Below are positions 20,357 to 28,105 of a stretch of DNA of 28,105 nucleotides, in pieces. Origin of the DNA: Erysipelotrichaceae bacterium. GTDB taxonomy: Bacteria > Bacillota_I > Bacilli_A > Erysipelotrichales > Erysipelotrichaceae. Both the position numbers and the translations under genes were made by a program. The notes below the pieces were generated by a model. The model saw nothing but the letters and a program-made list of their open reading frames with translations. It was not told the origin of the DNA and did not search any database. Numbering within the stretch: the first letter of the stretch is position 1; each line of letters begins with the position of its first letter. The stretch lies in contig JBHALC010000063.1 in assembly GCA_041827565.1 (NCBI GenBank), forward strand, positions 1 to 28,105. Direction: 5' to 3'.

Positions 20357-21654
20357 AAAAAGTAACTGTAATAGGAGCTGGATTAGCTGGAAGTGAAGCA
20401 ACTTATCAATTAATAAAAAGAGGAATACAAGTTGATTTGTATGAGATGAGATCAAAAAAAATGACTCCAGCACATCACACTGGCAATTTTGCTGAGTTAG
20501 TATGTACGAATTCTTTACGTAGTAATGATATTGCTAGTGGAGTAGGTTTATTGAAAGAGGAAATGCGTAGAATTGACTCTTTAATTATGAAATATGCAGA
20601 TGAAAACCAAGTTCCTGCTGGAAGTGCACTAGCAGTAGATCGTGAATTATTTTCAAAAGGAATAACAGATTTTTTAAAAAACCATCCATTAGTAAATGTA
20701 ATTGAAGATGAAATTACAGAAATTCCAAATACACCAGTAATTATTGCAACTGGACCTTTAACTAGTGATGCATTAAGTAAAGAAATTGCAAAATTAGTAG
20801 ATAAAGATAGTCTATATTTTTATGATGCAGCGGCACCAATTATTGATAAAGAAAGTATTGACTTTTCAAAAGCGTATTTTAAATCAAGATATGATAAAGG
20901 TGATGGAAAAGATTATATTAATTGTCCAATGACTAAAGAAGAGTTTGACTTATTTTATACTGAATTAGTTAAAGCAGAAGTAGTACCTTTAAAAGAATTT
21001 GAAAAAGAAATTTATTTTGAAGGATGTATGCCATTTGAAGAAATGGCTAAAAGAGGATATCAAACACTACTTTTTGGTCCAATGAAACCAGTTGGATTAG
21101 AAAAGGATGAAAATCACAAACCTTATGCAGTAGTTCAGTTAAGACAAGATAATGTGGCAGGAAGTTTATATAATATTGTAGGATTTCAAACTCATTTGAC
21201 ATGGAAAGAGCAAAAAAGAATTTTATCTTTAATTCCAGGATTAGAAAATTGTAATATTGTAAGATATGGAGTAATGCATCGAAATACCTATATTAATTCA
21301 CCAACATGCTTAAAACCAACTTATCAATTTAGAAGTCGTGAAGATTTATTTTTTGCGGGGCAAATGACAGGAGTTGAAGGTTATGTTGAATCTGCAGCTA
21401 GTGGAATGATGGCAGGAATTAATATGGCTAGATATTTAAATAATGAAGAATTAATTGAACATACTCCTACATTTATGTTGGCATCAATGGCAAATTATGT
21501 TGCAAATGCATCTAGTTCTAATTTCCAACCTATGAATGCTAATTTTGGAATTATGACTTTATTAAACCCAAAAGTGAAGAAAAAAGATCGTAAAGCTGCA
21601 TATGGTAATCAAGGATTAGAACAATTAGAAAAAAACATGGAATATTTTAAATAA
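20353..21654 (+). CDS. trmFO: Methylenetetrahydrofolate-tRNA-(uracil-5-)-methyltransferase TrmFO (Gid)
   Basis: [49 protein letters not shown]. Start at ATG 20353 (ATGA overlap with the topA stop). Confidence 0.96.
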   Translation: MKKVTVIGAGLAGSEATYQLIKRGIQVDLYEMRSKKMTPAHHTGNFAELVCTNSLRSNDIASGVGLLKEEMRRIDSLIMKYADENQVPAGSALAVDRELFSKGITDFLKNHPLVNVIEDEITEIPNTPVIIATGPLTSDALSKEIAKLVDKDSLYFYDAAAPIIDKESIDFSKAYFKSRYDKGDGKDYINCPMTKEEFDLFYTELVKAEVVPLKEFEKEIYFEGCMPFEEMAKRGYQTLLFGPMKPVGLEKDENHKPYAVVQLRQDNVAGSLYNIVGFQTHLTWKEQKRILSLIPGLENCNIVRYGVMHRNTYINSPTCLKPTYQFRSREDLFFAGQMTGVEGYVESAASGMMAGINMARYLNNEELIEHTPTFMLASMANYVANASSSNFQPMNANFGIMTLLNPKVKKKDRKAAYGNQGLEQLEKNMEYFK

Positions 21655-22508
21655 TGTATTTAGAGGATTTTTTTCGATACTTTGATAGTAGTGAAAATAC
21701 TAAAAATGCATATCGTAAAGATATTGAGCAATTTCTAGATTTTCTTAAACAAGAAAATCTAGAGGCCTTTGATGTTGATTACCGTATTATTTCGAATTAT
21801 TTATATCATTTAAATCAATCTAATAATCTTAAAAATAGCACTATTTCACGAAAGTTAAGTGCATTAAGATCTTACTATACTTATTTGTGTGAATTTAAAG
21901 CTTGTGTACATCACCCATTTTTAAATATTAAAAATCCAAAATTAAACCAAACTTTACCTGAGTTTTTATTTGAAGAGGAAGTAGACTATTTTTTAGAAAG
22001 TATTGATATTAATAGTGAGTATGGGCTAAGAAATCGAGTTATGTTTGAAATTATGTATGCATGTGGACTGCGTGTAAGTGAAGTTGCAAATCTTAAAGTA
22101 CAAGATATTGACTTTGCTAATCAGGTTGTAAGAGTATTTGGTAAAGGGAGTAAAGAAAGACTAGTTCCATTTTATGATTCATTTAAGGAATTACTATTAC
22201 AATACATTAATACTAACCAAATAAAAGGGGATTTATTTTTAAATAAAAACGGAAAAAAAATTACTTCTAGAGGAATTCAATACACTTTAGACAAATGCGC
22301 TTTATTAGCTAATTTAAAGATGAAATTACATCCACATATGTTTCGTCACTCATTTGCAACACACTTGTTAGATAATGGTGCAGATTTAAGGGTTTTACAG
22401 CAATTATTGGGGCATGAGAGTATCAAAACTACTCAAGTTTATTTGCATGTAAGTAATGATTTGTTGAAAAAAGAATATTACCAAGCACACCCAAGAGCAA
22501 AAATGTAG
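21654..22508 (+). CDS. xerC: Tyrosine recombinase XerC/CodV
   Basis: Catalytic residues: GLRVSE (R), GKGSKER (K), HPHMFRHSFATH, LLGH, TTQVY (Y); conserved position after topA-trmFO. Confidence 0.88.
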   Translation: MYLEDFFRYFDSSENTKNAYRKDIEQFLDFLKQENLEAFDVDYRIISNYLYHLNQSNNLKNSTISRKLSALRSYYTYLCEFKACVHHPFLNIKNPKLNQTLPEFLFEEEVDYFLESIDINSEYGLRNRVMFEIMYACGLRVSEVANLKVQDIDFANQVVRVFGKGSKERLVPFYDSFKELLLQYINTNQIKGDLFLNKNGKKITSRGIQYTLDKCALLANLKMKLHPHMFRHSFATHLLDNGADLRVLQQLLGHESIKTTQVYLHVSNDLLKKEYYQAHPRAKM

Positions 22509-22555
22509 ATTTTTGTTCTTTTTTAATTATTTGACTGTCTTTATAAATAGAAATT

Positions 22556-22564
22556 TGTTATAAT
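22556..22564 (+). promoter_or_regulatory. Extended -10 promoter of the surface-protein gene
   Basis: TG-t-TATAAT at 22556-22564. TTGACT at 22531 is 22 bp away, too far for a canonical -35. Confidence 0.5.
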
Positions 22565-22591
22565 GGATAAGATTTGAAATGGAGGATAGAT

Positions 22592-25500
22592 ATGAAAAAC
22601 AAAATTTCTAAATTATTAGCAATAGGGCTAAGTAGTGCAGTTGCATTTAGCGTTATATCTGCTAATTTACCAAAAAATCATAATGTTGTATTTGCTGCAC
22701 AAGCAAAAACAATTTATGTAGAAATAGATGGGAATGAAAATCAAGGTGGAGGTAGTGGTGCAGAAAATAGCCCTTACCAAAGTTTGAAATATGCAATCTC
22801 AAAAGCAGAAGATGGAGACACAATCAAATTGAAAAATCCAGCAGATGGAATTACGAAAGCAATTCGTGAAGATGCAGGTGTTAATGGATTGTTTATCATT
22901 GATAAAAATATCATCATTGATGGGGGTAATGTTTCTACACTTCAATTTAGGGGATTAGACGTAGAATTAAGAAAAAATGTTATATTTAAAGATTTAAAAA
23001 TTAGGTTTAATAACAATGGTGTATCACTTGGGAAAATTTATGCATCTGGAAATAAAGTAACTTTTGATAATGTAAATACAAAAGAAGGATATCAACAAGA
23101 TGCAGAAAGACCAGTATTGATTGCTGGTTCTAAAGAAGGAAATCCTATTGGAAGCGCAGCGGAATTTGTTATTAAAAATGGTTTTTCAGAAAATCGTTTT
23201 AATAAAGTAATTTTAGGTAATGAAGATCGTGACTTAAATATTGATGCTTCATTAATAGTTGAATCTGAGTTTGCAAAAGTAGATGAAGGAGTTATTTTAG
23301 GAGGAGAAGGCGCACACAAAACAACAGGTCGTGTTCAAGTTCAATCAAACTCTAAGAATATCGAAAAATTTGTTGGAACAAATAGTGATAATAATAAGGT
23401 GACTTTTACTGGAAGTACAATTTATGGAGTTCAATTAGTAGGAGTTAAAAATTTAGCGGTTTTACCAAATACATCTGTTTCAGTAGAAAGTGATTTCGCT
23501 GGTGTCAGTGGAAATGTTGAAGTGAATGGAGAGTTAAACCTAACTAATTCAACTGAACAAGTAATTGTTGCAGAATCAATTAGTGGAGATGGGAAAATTG
23601 TATTCTCAACTAATTCAACAATTGTCACAGGAGGAGACATTACAGGAAACTTAAAATTTGAGTTACGTGGTACACCACAACAAATTCAAGATAGATTAAA
23701 TACAAATGTAGTTGAAGCTGGTGGAAATATTGATGCTGGTGTAACTTTAAAAGTACAAGGAGATGTAGTTCAAGTTAAAGAAGATACTAGCACAATTAGT
23801 TTAGTAAATGATGCTGCAAAAGTAAATGTGATTGTTCGTGAAGACAGTGACGCAAATGGAAATGTAGATGAAAATGATGATTCAATTATTGATTTATTTA
23901 TAGATTACACTACAAATAATCCAGTAGATTATATCAAAGAAGTAGTAAATGATGTTAAATTAAATGGAAAAGTAATTATTAATACAGAAAATAACACAAT
24001 TTATAATGAATCAACAGGTGGAACTTTAGACTTCGTAGCATTCTATGTTGCTAAACCAGGAAATGTAGACATCGATGGAGTTAAAACACCATTTACTGTT
24101 GAAGTAAATAATGAAAGACAAGAAGTAAGTTATACATTACCTGCACCTGAAGCTGGATTCCACTATGAAACAGCTGATGGAGCGAAAGTAACAGATTTAG
24201 CTAAAAAAGTTTTAACAGGTGATGCTCGCTTTACTGATGTTGTTCTTAAAAAAGTTGCTGATGCTACAACACCACGCAATTTTGTAGGATTTGAAATTGA
24301 GCCTGAAGATCCAGCAATTGATGTTCCTCAAGATGTAAAAACATTTATGACTACAAACAACATTATTCCTAGTGATTATGAACTTGTAGGAGGAGCAGTT
24401 GCTCAACAACCACAAGACATTACAGTAAAAGTAAACGATGCTGCTAATGGTGGAAAATGGGAGTTCTTAGGATGGGAAAAAGAAGATAGAACAGATATTC
24501 ATGGTGATAAATGGACGATTTGGATATCAATTTGGACTTTAGTGCCAGATGCAGCTACAGAATTTGATGCTGAATATAAATTTATAAGTGCAACACCTAA
24601 TAAAAATTTACCATCTGAAATTACAAACTATGTAGATGATTTAAATGTAGCAGATGGAACTAATGTGAATGCTGTTGCACCAAGAAAAAACAATGTTGTA
24701 GATACTGTTAATGATGGAGTATGGGTATTCGTTGATTATGATACTCCTGCAAAAGCAGTTGATAATGCTAATGTAGTGTTTACAGGAAAATACAATTTTG
24801 TTGCAAATGTTCATGATGTGGAATACAGATTTGAAAGTTTAGTTGAAGGAAAAAACTTACCAGTAGAAATTACAAATTATACAGAAGATGTAAATAAAGT
24901 AAGTGGAGATGTTGTAACTGCAACTCAACCACAAAAAGACAATGTAGTTGATACAATTAATGATGGAGTATGGGTGTTTGCAAATTATGATGCTCCTTCA
25001 AAAGCAGTAAATAAAGCTAACGTAGTATTTACAGGAAAATACAACTTTGTAGCAAATGTTTATGATGCAGAATATAAATTTACAAGTGCAACAGTAGGAA
25101 AAAACTTACCGGCAAGTATTGTAGATTACACTGATGATATTAATAAAGCCAAAGGAACAAATTTAATTGCTGCTGCACCAAGGTTAGATGCTGTAGTAGA
25201 CACGGATAATGATGGAGTTTGGCATTTTGATGGATATGATGTTACAAATAAAGTAATGGGAACTGAAAATGTAGTATTTAATGGAAAATATCGCTTTGAG
25301 GCAAATAAATACCAAGTAGAGTTTGTGTTTGAAACTGAAAATACAAATGAATCCTTACCGAATGAAGTGAAAGCATTACTTCCAGCATTAAAAAATAATT
25401 TATTGAATGGTGCAAATGTTACAATTGATGATTTAACAGTTAAAAAAGTTCAAGATGCAAATTTAAAAGGATCTTGGGAATTCTTAGGATGGGATCAAAC

Positions 25501-25789
25501 TTCTGTAACGATTAACAAAGCAAATAAAACAGTAAAAGGATTATGGAGATTAGTTGTATCTAAAAAAGGAGATGCATTAAAACAACCAGCATTACCTGAA
25601 TTAAAAAGTGAAAGTAAAAAGGGAGATTCACTAATTCAACCTATATTACCAGAAGCCAAATTAACAGAAAATTCAGCTTTAAAATCAGATGTTGATACTT
25701 CTTCTACAAATGATATGGCTATGGTTATTGGTATGATTGTATCGTTATTAGGTTTAATTGCTTTAAAAAATAGGAAAAATATTAAATAG
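22592..25789 (+). CDS. Large cell-wall-anchored surface protein with beta-helix-like head and SHIRT-like repeat stalk
   Basis: Start at ATG 22592 (SD ggagg 22581-22585). Signal peptide MKNKISKLLAIGLSSAVAFSV...VFA; five ~83-aa repeats with G-x-W-x-F-x-x-[WY] cores; C-terminal VDTSS, a hydrophobic helix and KNRKNIK. Confidence 0.8.
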   Translation: MKNKISKLLAIGLSSAVAFSVISANLPKNHNVVFAAQAKTIYVEIDGNENQGGGSGAENSPYQSLKYAISKAEDGDTIKLKNPADGITKAIREDAGVNGLFIIDKNIIIDGGNVSTLQFRGLDVELRKNVIFKDLKIRFNNNGVSLGKIYASGNKVTFDNVNTKEGYQQDAERPVLIAGSKEGNPIGSAAEFVIKNGFSENRFNKVILGNEDRDLNIDASLIVESEFAKVDEGVILGGEGAHKTTGRVQVQSNSKNIEKFVGTNSDNNKVTFTGSTIYGVQLVGVKNLAVLPNTSVSVESDFAGVSGNVEVNGELNLTNSTEQVIVAESISGDGKIVFSTNSTIVTGGDITGNLKFELRGTPQQIQDRLNTNVVEAGGNIDAGVTLKVQGDVVQVKEDTSTISLVNDAAKVNVIVREDSDANGNVDENDDSIIDLFIDYTTNNPVDYIKEVVNDVKLNGKVIINTENNTIYNESTGGTLDFVAFYVAKPGNVDIDGVKTPFTVEVNNERQEVSYTLPAPEAGFHYETADGAKVTDLAKKVLTGDARFTDVVLKKVADATTPRNFVGFEIEPEDPAIDVPQDVKTFMTTNNIIPSDYELVGGAVAQQPQDITVKVNDAANGGKWEFLGWEKEDRTDIHGDKWTIWISIWTLVPDAATEFDAEYKFISATPNKNLPSEITNYVDDLNVADGTNVNAVAPRKNNVVDTVNDGVWVFVDYDTPAKAVDNANVVFTGKYNFVANVHDVEYRFESLVEGKNLPVEITNYTEDVNKVSGDVVTATQPQKDNVVDTINDGVWVFANYDAPSKAVNKANVVFTGKYNFVANVYDAEYKFTSATVGKNLPASIVDYTDDINKAKGTNLIAAAPRLDAVVDTDNDGVWHFDGYDVTNKVMGTENVVFNGKYRFEANKYQVEFVFETENTNESLPNEVKALLPALKNNLLNGANVTIDDLTVKKVQDANLKGSWEFLGWDQTSVTINKANKTVKGLWRLVVSKKGDALKQPALPELKSESKKGDSLIQPILPEAKLTENSALKSDVDTSSTNDMAMVIGMIVSLLGLIALKNRKNIK
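24566..25312 (+). repeat. Three tandem 249-bp (83-aa) SHIRT-like repeat units, flanked by two more diverged units (~24281-24545 and ~25313-25560)
   Basis: GATGGAGT recurs at 24713, 24962 and 25211 (period 249); units begin at 24566, 24815 and 25064 with D[AV]EY[KR]F and end in VVF[TN]GKY[NR]F[VE]AN. Confidence 0.9.
25562..25660 (+). repeat. 54-bp (18-aa) tandem duplication in the wall-spanning region
   Basis: KKGDALKQPALPELKSES / KKGDSLIQPILPEAK; AAA codons at 25562 and 25616. Confidence 0.75.
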
Positions 25790-25794
25790 TTCTG

Positions 25795-25826
25795 AAAAGA
25801 TGATTTAATTATTAAATCATCTTTTT
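25795..25826 (+). terminator. Intrinsic terminator (perfect 15-bp inverted repeat)
   Basis: AAAAGATGATTTAAT (25795-25809), t, ATTAAATCATCTTTT (25811-25825). Confidence 0.85.
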
Positions 25827-25862
25827 ATGTGCATTATGCACGAAACCTTACAAAATAACTTG

Positions 25863-25871
25863 TGATATAAT
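25863..25871 (+). promoter_or_regulatory. Extended -10 promoter of the RpiR regulator
   Basis: TG-a-TATAAT at 25863-25871; SD ggaggaa upstream of ATG 25901. Confidence 0.55.
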
Positions 25872-25900
25872 GGAGGCGTAAAAAAGGGGAGGAATGGTGT

Positions 25901-26713
25901 ATGAATATTATTAAAATTATTGATAATTTTTTTCCTTCATTATCAAAAACTGAAAAGAAAATAGCAACTTATGTAAAATCACATTATGAGAAAATAGGAT
26001 ATCAGACTTTACAAGAAATTTCTCAGACACTAAAAGTTGGTGAGGCAAGTATATTAAGGTTTTGTCGTAAAATAGGATTGAAAGGTTTTAATGAATTAAA
26101 ACTTAATGTTTCGAAAGAAGAAAAAAAAGAAGAAGTATTCCAAAATTATGCACAACATATTCAAAGTAGTTTGCATACTGCGATTGATAATACTTATGCA
26201 CTTCAAAATTTAGATTTACTAAATGAAGCAATTCAGCTTATTTATAATGCCAAAAGGGTATTTTTGTATGGAGTGGGATCTAGCGGGATTAGTGCACAAG
26301 AAGCTCAATCTAAATTTTTGCGTTATGGTAAATTATGTTATATGTTACAAGATTCACATTTTCAAGTAATGAGTTCTGCAATTACGAATGATGAGGATGT
26401 AATCATTGCTTTTTCACTATCTGGATATACAAAAGATGTGATTGAAGTTTTAGAAATTGCAAAAGAGAATAATACTAAGATTATTTCAGTTACAAATCAT
26501 ATTTTATCGCCAATAGCTCGTTTAAGTGATATTGTACTTCTTAGTTATGGAAAGGAAACACCATTAAGTGGTGGATCTCTATCTGCCAAAATATCACAAC
26601 TTTATATAATTGATATATTGTCGACAGGATATGGACTAATTGATAAATATCATACAACAAAAATGAAAGAAAGAACATCGGCTTCCATTTTACAAAAATC
26701 AATAGAGAGGTAG
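25901..26713 (+). CDS. MurR/RpiR family transcriptional regulator (HTH + SIS)
   Basis: LSKTEKKIATYV...ASILRFCRKIGLKGFNELK HTH; SIS domain LYGVGSSG, FSLSGYT, SVTN...SPIARLSD. Confidence 0.92.
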   Translation: MNIIKIIDNFFPSLSKTEKKIATYVKSHYEKIGYQTLQEISQTLKVGEASILRFCRKIGLKGFNELKLNVSKEEKKEEVFQNYAQHIQSSLHTAIDNTYALQNLDLLNEAIQLIYNAKRVFLYGVGSSGISAQEAQSKFLRYGKLCYMLQDSHFQVMSSAITNDEDVIIAFSLSGYTKDVIEVLEIAKENNTKIISVTNHILSPIARLSDIVLLSYGKETPLSGGSLSAKISQLYIIDILSTGYGLIDKYHTTKMKERTSASILQKSIER

Positions 26714-26717
26714 AAAT

Positions 26718-27164
26718 ATGATACTAGCAAATATAAATAAATTAGAAAGATACATTGGGATTAATGAAAATTTAGATAAAGCCATTCATTTTATTAAAAA
26801 TAATGATTTAAATTTACTTCCATTAGGAAAAACGGAAGTTGATGATTCGATGTTTATTAATACTTTTGAATATGTGGCGGATAATCAGATAAATGATTTT
26901 TATGAAGCTCATAAACAGTATATAGATATACATATTGTTTTAAGGGGAAAAGAAAAGATGGCAGGATTAGATATTCAAAATGGTATATTAAGAGATAAAT
27001 TTGATGAAGTAAATGATTTCGGTCTATATGATGGAAAGGCAGAATATGAAACGATTCTAGAAAACGATATATGCTTAATTGTATTTCCGGAGGATTTACA
27101 TGAGCCTAAAATTTATGTTAATGATGAAAAAATAAGAAAAGTAATAGTAAAAGTAAAGTTATAA
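26718..27164 (+). CDS. YhcH/YjgK/YiaL (DUF386) family protein
   Basis: YEAHKQYIDIHIVLRGKE and IVFPEDLHEPK...IRKVIVKV motifs. Confidence 0.9.
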   Translation: MILANINKLERYIGINENLDKAIHFIKNNDLNLLPLGKTEVDDSMFINTFEYVADNQINDFYEAHKQYIDIHIVLRGKEKMAGLDIQNGILRDKFDEVNDFGLYDGKAEYETILENDICLIVFPEDLHEPKIYVNDEKIRKVIVKVKL

Positions 27165-27273
27165 AACTTTACTTTTTTTATACAAAAACTGTCATTTTTA
27201 CTCCAAAAAGCCATTTTTATTAATCTTTTCGACAAATTATTTATCTTTTTCAATCAAAATGCACTGTAAAGGG

Positions 27274-27302
27274 TTGCATTAAACGAAAATAAGTGATATT
27301 AT
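27274..27302 (+). promoter_or_regulatory. Sigma-A promoter of the sugar ABC transporter operon
   Basis: -35 TTGCAT (27274-27279), 17-bp spacer, TG-a-TATTAT (27294-27302); an overlapping TATAAT at 27300-27305 is an alternative -10. Confidence 0.65.
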
Positions 27303-27360
27303 AATGGTGCAACTTCACAAAAAAGAGAGTGAAGCAATACACCAAAAAGGAGGACTTATA

Positions 27361-28105
27361 ATGAGTAAAAAAATGGTGAAAGGTATATTAGCTACTGCAG
27401 TTGCTGCTACAGTACTAACAGGATGTGTTGGTGGGGATAAAGGGACAACACAAAAAGCAGATGAAAATGCAAAAGTTACAATTAAATATTGGAACTTCCC
27501 AAACTTTGTAAATGACAAAGAATTCCCAAAAAATGAGGATTATGATGCTGCTTTAATTAAAGCATTTGAAGCTAAATATCCAAATATTAAAGTAGAATAC
27601 CAAAAAATTGAATTTACAGATGGACCTGCTAAAATTGAAACTGCAATCCAATCTAAAACTGCACCAGATGTAGTGTACGATGCACCAGGTCGTGTTATTG
27701 CTTGGGCAGCAAAAGACTTATTAGTACCATTTGAAAATATTGATACTTCTAAATTAGTTGATGGAGCAGTAAGTGCTTCAAGTTACAAAGGAAAAATGTA
27801 CTTATACCCACAAGGGGTAGCACCATTTACTATGGGGGTTAACTTAACATTAGCTGAAAAATTAGGGGTTAAAGATTTATTACCACTAAATAAAGAAGGA
27901 AGAAATTGGACTGTTGAAGAATATGAAAAATTCTTAAGAGCAGTTAAAGAAAAAGATCCAAGCATTACACCAGCATTATTCTATACTAAATCACAAGCTG
28001 GAGACCAAGGACCTAGAGCATTTGTTTCTAACTTATTTAACTCTTGGATTACAGACAAAGATGTAACTAAATATACTATTAACGATGAAAACGGAGTTAA
28101 AGGAT
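27361..28105 (+). CDS. Sugar ABC transporter substrate-binding lipoprotein, probably for sialic acid/amino sugars (partial, 3' truncated)
   Basis: Not in the ORF track. SD aaggagga, then an open frame to the window end: MSKKMVKGILATAVAATVLTGC (lipobox, Cys22 at 27424)...WNFPNF...FEAKYPNIKVE...APDVVYDAPGRVIAW...SQAGDQGPRAFVSNL. It resembles streptococcal Neu5Ac-binding proteins as I recall them; neighbours are RpiR and YhcH. Confidence 0.85.
   Translation, partial: MSKKMVKGILATAVAATVLTGCVGGDKGTTQKADENAKVTIKYWNFPNFVNDKEFPKNEDYDAALIKAFEAKYPNIKVEYQKIEFTDGPAKIETAIQSKTAPDVVYDAPGRVIAWAAKDLLVPFENIDTSKLVDGAVSASSYKGKMYLYPQGVAPFTMGVNLTLAEKLGVKDLLPLNKEGRNWTVEEYEKFLRAVKEKDPSITPALFYTKSQAGDQGPRAFVSNLFNSWITDKDVTKYTINDENGVKG

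Noticed and set aside
21654-22508. Tyrosine recombinase as the integrase of a mobile element or an invertase acting on the adjacent adhesin
   Set aside because: It is coupled to trmFO in the conserved topA-trmFO-xerC cluster, and I saw no att sites, inverted repeats around the adhesin promoter, or phage/ICE genes.
24566-25312. Regular repeats as a CRISPR array
   Set aside because: The units are in-frame 249-bp protein-domain repeats with no repeat-spacer structure and no cas genes.
25870-25881. Mini-ORF ATG GAG GCG TAA before rpiR as a leader peptide
   Set aside because: Its ATG overlaps the -10 box, so it would not be on that transcript, and it has no SD.
27305-27344. Hairpin (CTTCAC/GTGAAG, outer TGGTG/CACCA) in the 5' UTR of the binding-protein gene as a riboswitch
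   Set aside because: The UTR is only ~50 nt, the stem is 6 bp, the outer arm overlaps the predicted TSS, and no aptamer motif is recognisable; at most a stabilising hairpin.

Overview
An AT-rich, mostly core-genome window from a low-GC Bacillota. Genetic code 11 is used (TGA stops in dprA and topA). The VDTS-type wall anchor and L27 with an N-terminal extension plus Prp suggest Erysipelotrichales (inference). All supported genes lie on the + strand. Gene order: the end of a membrane protein; an ABC exporter pair; nox overlapping a degenerate ArsC/LMW-PTP-fold ORF; eno; L21 leader-rplU-prp-rpmA; obgE; a P-type ATPase; a nucleoside-type ABC transporter with no binding protein; a membrane ORF resembling a catalytically dead M28 peptidase, coupled to cls and a patatin; dprA-topA-trmFO-xerC; a ~1065-aa wall-anchored protein with SHIRT-like repeats; and the start of a probable sialic-acid uptake locus (RpiR, YhcH, sugar-binding lipoprotein running off the window). 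I found no rRNA, tRNA, CRISPR array or mobile element, and no clear complete novel system. The best leads are two apparent pseudo-enzymes, a terminator-like hairpin overlapping the altered ArsC active-site codons, the repeat-stalk surface protein, and helically phased A/T tracts with candidate operators upstream of the sugar-binding protein. Family assignments come from motifs and recalled consensus sequences; no database searches were run.
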